From NCBI GenBank assembly GCA_951406725.2, contig OX597822.1, positions 73,594,001 through 73,658,000 of the forward strand: a stretch of 64,000 nucleotides of DNA, written 5' to 3'. This DNA comes from Octopus vulgaris (lineage: Eukaryota). The notes beneath the pieces are model-generated. The model was not told where the DNA came from. It made no database searches and saw only the letters and a program-made list of their open reading frames with translations. Within the stretch, counting starts at the first letter, position 1. The number at the start of each line of letters is the position of its first letter. The position numbers were made by a program, and so were the translations under genes. Of this stretch, positions 56,744 through 64,000 are shown one piece after another.

Positions 56744-58036
56744 CGAGGGGTGTATGAAAATTTTGAGCCTAATCTAGAACCGGGGCTGCTAGGGAGCTGA
56801 AACAATTTTTTCTGGTAAATACAGTCTTTTCAGAGTATTCTTGCTCATTTTCATGATTCTGATATTTTAATTTTTTTTTGTTACAGATTTCTGAATAAAC
56901 AAATGTCGAGGTTACAAGGAAAATGGAGAAAACTGAGTATCGTGCTGTCATAAAGTACCTTCATTTGAAAGGCATGACTCCATGAGAAATCCATGAATAT
57001 ATAGTGAGAACCTTAACAGACAATGCTCCTTCATATGCAACAGTCAAACGCTGGGTAAATGAATTCCAGCGTGGCAGGGAGAGTGTGGAAGATGATCCCA
57101 CACCAGGGAGGCCTCCAACTGCAACCACCGAGGACAGCATTGACCTTGCTCTTGGTATGATAATGCAAGATTGTCGAATATCATGTCACCAGATAGCTGA
57201 GAGACGGGGAATCTCAAAGGAAAGAGCAGACAACATTGTGACAAAAGAAATTGGGTTCTCAAAGGTTTCTGCAAGGTAGGTACCTCGCCTTTTGACTCCT
57301 GAACAGAAACGCACCAGGTGCACTTTGTCCATGAGCAATCTGGAACTGTTTGAAGCCGATGAAGAGAATTTTCTTGCTCGTTTTATTACTATGGACGAAA
57401 GTTGGGTTCATCACTACCAGCCTGAAACCAAAGAACAATCAAAGCAGTGGAAGCACACATCTTCTCCTACACCAAAGAAGGCCAGGTCATTCCTTCAGCT
57501 GGCAAGGTCATGGCATCAGTTTTTTTGGGATTCTCAAGGTGTCTTGCTGATAGATTACCTTGAAAGGGGTCACATCGTGACAGGGATGTATTATTCTCAG
57601 CTACTGTAATGCCTCCAGGAAGCAATCAAAGAAAAAAGGCCAGGAATGCTCACAAGAGGTGTTCTTTTTCATCACGACAATGCTCCAACCCACACCTCAG
57701 TGGTTGCCATGGCAACAATTCGTGATTGTGGATACGAGCTTGTTCCCCATCTGCCTTATTTGCCAGACTTAGCCTACTCTGACTTTCATCAATTCCCCAA
57801 AATGAAAAAAGCCCTGGCTGATTGCTATTTTGCCACTGACAATGACGTCATAGACACTGTAGGAAGTTTCTTAGAGTCTCAAACAAAAGAGTTCCTCTAC
57901 GCCGGGATAATGGCACTTCAACACCGCTGGAGAAAGTGTTCAGCCATCAAAGGGGACTATGTTGGAAAATAAATCATCAGAAGTCTTGTACTGCGTTTTG
58001 CTTTTTTGAGGTTCAAGACTTTTCAGACACCCCTCG
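56744..58036 (+). mobile_element. Full-length (1293 bp) inactive mariner transposon
   Basis: TA TSD; TIRs CGAGGGGTGTATGAAAATTTTGAGCCT / AGGTTCAAGACTTTTCAGACACCCCTCG. Confidence 0.96.
56923..57972 (+). pseudogene. Mariner D,D34D transposase pseudogene
   Basis: MEKTEYRAVIKY..., ITMDESW, HHDNAP, HLPYLPDLAYSDF; several stops and a frameshift. Confidence 0.93.
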
Positions 58037-58394
58037 TATATATATATAAGTACATGCGTATGCACATACATATTTAGTCGCGTGACCTGAGTATGTACTC
58101 TGGGTAGGCAGTAGGTATTAGCAATACAATGCATTGTCAAGGCCTTATCTCGATGGGACATGAAAAATCTGTTTTGATAACAGAAAATATTTACTTAAAG
58201 TAGATATATATATTTCAGAGTTGTACATGTGGCGCATCAAATTTGATCTGGGACGGTGTGTTGAAGCAGAAGCAATTAGCTCGGGGAGCGGGTGAGTTAT
58301 CTAAGTTGTATAAAATATACAAAAATTTATTAAATTATTTATTTCTTGAGGTGCCAAGATTTTCGCCATTCAACATACACAGAGTATCGTGAAA

Positions 58395-58527
58395 GTGATA
58401 CGCATAACATACACACATACACACACACACAGACATAGCACACCACACACACACACACACACGCACACACGTGCCACAACATAGCCGCAGTCCAATCATT
58501 AAAACATGTAAAAGATGTAACAGACAG

Positions 58528-58558
<31 letters not shown>

Positions 58559-58880
58559 AACACGTGTGGGTGTGGCGTGTGTGTGTGTCTGTGGTGTGTG
58601 TGGTGTGTGTGGTCTGTGTGTGATGTGTGTGTGTGTGGTGTGTGTGTGTGGTGTATGTGTGTGTGCGGTGTGCGTATGTATGGTGCGTGCGTGTGTGTAG
58701 TGTGTATGTGGGTGTGTGTGCGTGGTGTGTGTACGTGTGTGGCGTGGTGTGTGTGTGCTGTATGTGTGTGTGGTATGTGTGTGCAGTGTGTGCTGTGTGT
58801 GCTGTGTGTGTATGTGTGGTGTGTGTGGTATGTGTTGTGTGTGTGTGGTGTGTGTATGTATGTGGTGTGTGTGCGTGTGC
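58395..58880. repeat. Degenerate (CA)/(GT) low-complexity tract
   Basis: Cryptic gtgtgg/gtgtat mosaic. Confidence 0.85.
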
Positions 58881-59342
58881 ATAACTTTCATCTTCTACTT
58901 GTTTTAGCTATTGAAAGAATTTTGTCGAATGCATCGACCTCAGTATCTACTTTTTAAGCCCAGTACTTACTCTAGCGCAGAGGCGCGTGGTGTAGTGATC
59001 GTAAGATTGCGGTTTCGATTCGTGCACCGGTCAACGCGTTGTTTTCTTGAGCAAAACACTTCATTTCACGCTGCTCCCGTCCACTCAGCTAGCAAAAATG
59101 AGTAAGCCTGAGACTGACCGGGGTGCCGTCCAGGTGGGGAATTTATACGCCATGTAGCCCCTATTTGTTCCACGTACTTCTCGAGGGTTCACTGTTCCCA
59201 AGGCTACGACAAATATTGGTACTACTGCTACCTTTTTCACCGACCACAACTGCTTAACTTACCAAGCTAACCTCTCATATCTCTCGACTCTTCTTCTTCT
59301 TCTTATTCTTATTATTATTATTATTCTCCTTCTTATTATTCA

Positions 59343-59415
59343 GGTCACTACCTGGAATTGAACTCGGAATCTTGGGGCTAGTAGCCCGCGCTCTTAACCA
59401 TTACGCCATATGCCC
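59343..59415 (-). pseudogene. tRNA-like SINE head / tRNA pseudogene
   Basis: GGGCATATGGCGTAATGGTTAAGAGCGCGGGCTACTAGCCCCAAGATTCCGAGTTCAATTCC; A/B boxes present, acceptor stem broken, (AAT)n follows. Confidence 0.7.
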
Positions 59416-59694
59416 GTGGGCACATGGTTTATGTTTTGTTCTCTTTTAAAATTTTGGTGACCCAAGTAGACTGAAGCAGTACCCATGGCTAGTGAAACTG
59501 ATTTTTGTCAGTGAACAAATCGCGGTCTTAAAGCGACGAAAATATTTTGACAAATTAAACTTAAATGTTGAAGTAAATCGAACGGCTTTTGTGTGTTTCT
59601 TAAATGGATTACAAACACCTTCCACGCTGCAATTGTTAAATTAATATATATATATATGTACATACAGAGAGAGAGGGAGAGAGAGAGAGAGGGG

Positions 59695-59740
<46 letters not shown>

Positions 59741-61510
59741 TGAATCAGTGCAGTCTATGAGCTGTAGCGTGTTTGTGAGTAACTATTTTAATTAGTCTAC
59801 TGATCTTACCCATGATGTGGTCTAAGGGTTGATAGAAAAAAAAAAACTGCGTCAAGTTATGTCGTTTTTATGCTTGCTTTACAAGATGTGAACTGGTGTG
59901 TTGAAACAGATTTTGTTGTATCTTGAGAGGGTCGTTTAAAAAGTAAAAGGTAAAGACCCTCAACCCCCCCCCCCCCCCCTTCGATCATGAATGACCATCG
60001 GATTGCACTTAGAAAATTCCCCCTCCCAGGCACAAATCCGAGCAAGATTGTTTATAGAAGACCAGTAGCCACATATGCATGCCAATTTCCCCCTTCCACG
60101 CCGCCGATGTTATCCAAGGGAAAAGCAAAGGTTGATACAGCTTGGCACCAGTAACATCGCAACTCATTTCTACAGCTGAATGAACAGGAACAGCGTGAAA
60201 TAAAGAAGGCAACACACAGTCCGGTCTGGGAGGGTCATTATGCTAATAATAAACACACACTGATTCATTTTCACTTCTTTATTATTAGTTAATTGGTTAT
60301 GTATTTAACTAAGTTGCATTATATCAAAATATGACAAAGATGCCAGTAAGTTAAAACAGGACAGGAACACTAGTGGATTAAGAGATAACGCAACAGCAGC
60401 TGGGTTAGAGGGGCTTATAAACGGTTTCAAATTTTGACACTGGGCCAGCAATTTTAAAGGAGTAGCTAACTCTATGACATCGATCTACGTAGTGTACAAC
60501 TAGTTCTTGCTTTATCGACCCCGGAAGCATGAAAGGCAAATTCGACTTCTGCATCATTTGAATACAGAATTAAAGAGCCGGAGGAAATGCCGCCAGCAAA
60601 CGTCTCTGCTAGCTCAACGCCTTAGAGATTTCTTAAAATTTCGTTCTAATTTTGGTGCAACGCCTGCAATTTTCAAGGTAGAAAGCAAGTCGATTACTTC
60701 GATCTCAGTATTCAAGCAGTACTTTTTTTATTGACCTTAAAAGGGTGAAAAGCAAAGTCGACCTCGGCGCGTTTTGAACACAGAACGTGAACAGCAAAAA
60801 GAAATGCCACTAAGCACTCAATCTGACTCGCTAACGACTCTGCCAGCTCACCGCTTTACAGAGTCTCGTAAGTAAGATCTATTTTGTTTTATATTAAAAG
60901 CATCAACCAGTTTGCAGTAGGATTCAATACTAAAAACATAGAGCTACAGCACGATGTTTGTGAGATACAAGTAGATATACAAAATGAAGCAAGAACAACT
61001 TATTAATGCCATCGAATACCATCACAATACAATGTACATATTGCTGAAACAAGTAGCACTCAGCTACAATGGCCGCCATATTACTACATAATGCAAATAG
61101 CATATGTTTACAACCAGAATGACAGAAATGACCTAAAAAAAGAAAATGATACATGCAAGCCAGAAACTTAGCATGTTACAACATGTTTCAACTCGGCAAC
61201 CGGTTTGATGAGCTTCATATCATGTGGATTTATCAAATATTCTTTGTTTATATGTATGTGTATGTGTGTGTGTGTGTATCTATACATATATGTGTGTGTG
61301 CGTGTGTGTATGTGTATATAAATATGTATGTATGTATATATGTTTATAAATATATATGCATATATATATATATATGTATATATATGTAGTGTGTATATAT
61401 ATATGCATGATATATATATATATACATATGCATATATATATATATATATACATAAATATGCATATATATATATATATACATAAATATGCATATATATATA
61501 TACATAAATA

Positions 61511-61560
<50 letters not shown>

Positions 61561-61775
61561 CATAAATATACATATATATGTATATACATAAAGAAGCATA
61601 TATATATATGTTTGTATGTATATGTATGCATGTATGTATGTATTATATGTATGCATGTATGTATGTATGTATATGTATGCATGCATGTATGTATGTATGT
61701 ATATGTATGCATGCATGTATGTATGTATGTATGTATATGCATGTATGTATGTATGTATGTATGTATGTATGTATG

Positions 61776-61807
<32 letters not shown>

Positions 61808-62063
61808 GTTATATATGTGTGTATATATACGTTGCTAATGGACCTGGATGTCTGCTATTTTTCAGTTATTTTTATAACCGGAGCAGCAGTAAAAATAATA
61901 GGACCTTTTGTAGTAAAACATTTATCTACCTCATTGATCATTATTATTATTATCATTATCATCATCATAATCATCATCATCATCATTATTATTATTATTC
62001 ACTAGACTTTCTTGTCTATCCAGTCGCATTTAAAACGATCTTCCGCCCCAGAAATAACAACAA

Positions 62064-62104
<41 letters not shown>

Positions 62105-62537
62105 ACAACAATCATACAAGAATCAATAACCCGTAGTATGTACATTTAGAACATGGAATACTCTATGCATTTTGTCTTTATGACGCTTCATCGCATATAA
62201 TATATATATATGCATGCATGAATGTATGTATATATATATACATTATATATATATATATGTATCTATATGTATATATATATATATATATGTGTGTATGTAT
62301 GTATGGATAGATGTCTATATATCTATATGCATACATACATACGTGCACATATATGTGTGTGTATATATAAAGACACACACACATATATATCTATATCTAT
62401 ATCCTTGCAGGCATAAACCATGGTTACACAGGTGCGCATATACACTCACAGACACGTATAGACATAAATGACCACTATGTGGAACATTTGCTAAACAACT
62501 TCTTCGTATATACACTAATTTTCAATGCATAGTTCAA

Positions 62538-62828
62538 TGCATAATACTATTTCTGCCTAGCATATGATTAGCAACAATTATTCTTTAAAACTAATACGCA
62601 ACTAGTGTATATATATATACTAGTGTAACAATGCATAATACTATTTCTGCCTAGCATATGATTAGCAACAATTATTCTTTAAAACTAATACGCAACTAGT
62701 GTATATAGTGCAACATTTGCTCAGTAACAATTGCATAGCATCAATTGTTTGCCAGCTGTTGCTTAGCAACATATGCTTAGCAACATATGCTTAGCAACAT
62801 ATGCTTAGCAACATGTGCTTAGCAGCAC
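62538..62828. repeat. ~75-bp direct duplication plus 14-bp tandem repeat (GCTTAGCAACATAT, about 5 copies)
   Basis: 62538-62612 repeats at 62631-62707; tandem units at 62761-62828. Confidence 0.9.
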
Positions 62829-63423
62829 TAGTGTTGTTTTAAAAGGGACATAAGAACGGTTGCTAAAATCTAGTGGACGGTTAGCGCTGACAAAGTATTT
62901 AGTCGAACAAACAGACCCCTGTACTTGTTTTTCTAAGTGATACATATTCTAACTGCTAATCTACTGGGACGTACACAAACCAACACCGGATGTCAAACGG
63001 TGGTGGAGGACAAACACAAGCATACACATGTGTATGTATACGTATATGTATACATACACACACATATATATATGTACATACATACATACATATATATACA
63101 TGCATATATATATTATATAAAATAAATAAATGCGCCCTTTTAAAGCCTGGCCAGGCTCATGGGCCCGGTTTCCCGGTTTCTATGGCGTATGTGTTCCCAG
63201 CTGCACAGGGCACCAGTCCATCGCAGCGTTACTCATTTTTGCCAGCTGAGTGGACTGTAGCAACGTGAACTGAAGTGTTTTGCTCAAGAACACAACGCGT
63301 CGCCCGGTCCAGGAATCGAAACCACAATCTTACGACCATGTTGCTGACACCCTAACCACTTAGTGATTAGGGTGATTAGGGATTATTATTATTATTATCA
63401 TTATTATTATTATTATTATTATT

Positions 63424-63465
<42 letters not shown>

Positions 63466-63481
63466 TACAATAATAATAATT

Positions 63482-63563
<82 letters not shown>

Positions 63564-63618
63564 CAACAACATCGAAAAATACGTTAGGAATGAGAACCCA
63601 GGTTCGAAATTTCCCCAA

Positions 63619-63663
63619 GACACCTAATGAAGCTGGAGGGTATATCAGCCGAAACGTTGTGTT
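63619..63663 (+). ncRNA. Minimal hammerhead-like motif, one core substitution, next to (AAT)n
   Basis: GACAC CTAATGA a GCTG gagggtatat CAGC c GAAA cg TT GTGTT. Confidence 0.6.
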
Positions 63664-64000
63664 AAAACAAACAAGATGAGGACAAATATCCGTCGAATGT
63701 AAATAATGTAAATAATGTAGGTAATTCCTCATTTCTTAAATATATAGAACTGTATCAAAGATGCAGTTGAATGAGTGGTTATGACGAAAAGTCAACAATT
63801 TGCGTTCTGTCACCAATACTATGTTTTATTCTTCTAAAAAGAAAAATAACACTTGACCCTAAGAGGGCTCAGATCACTTAGATGTAAATAGGACGTACGA
63901 AAAGAAAGAAAATTGAAATGAAAAGGAAGAAAGGGAGGGTGATAGAAGATAAGTAAAGAGGTGGGAACGGGTGAGAAAGGTGGAAGAAAAGAGACAGCGA

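Noticed and set aside
59343-59415. Functional tRNA gene
   Set aside because: The acceptor stem does not pair; treated as a SINE head.
63361-63381. Interstitial telomeric repeat
   Set aside because: Only two TGATTAGGG units; not a TTAGGG array.

Overview
AT-rich, microsatellite-saturated animal genomic DNA. The repeat landscape resembles Octopus/coleoid cephalopod genomes (inference from recall, not a search). One protein-coding gene can be built by hand: a minus-strand receptor tyrosine kinase with ten GT-AG, phase-consistent exons from 56289 down to a stop at 12298 (1845 nt, 614 aa; the 5' end was not found in the window). It encodes FN3-like ectodomain segments, a transmembrane helix, a split FGFR/RET/Torso-type kinase and a tail with YLEL and PPLPER motifs, so it is best described as Torso-like. 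Introns and flanks hold tRNA-derived SINEs, a full-length dead mariner, Tc1/mariner/hAT/piggyBac-type MITEs, a Helentron-type element, and RTE and R4/Dong LINE remnants. Most listed ORFs are microsatellite artefacts. The most notable signals are: (1) at least eight minimal hammerhead-ribozyme-like motifs in short elements next to (TA)n/(TAA)n tracts, two of them built into foldback structures; (2) a perfect 576-bp spacer-less palindrome inside a decayed LINE; (3) a dense cluster of long hairpins in one intron; (4) SINE multimers joined by recurrent microhomology junctions; (5) a repeat-free, hairpin-rich island between the TM and kinase exons. All of this was read by eye; no folding or database searches were run.
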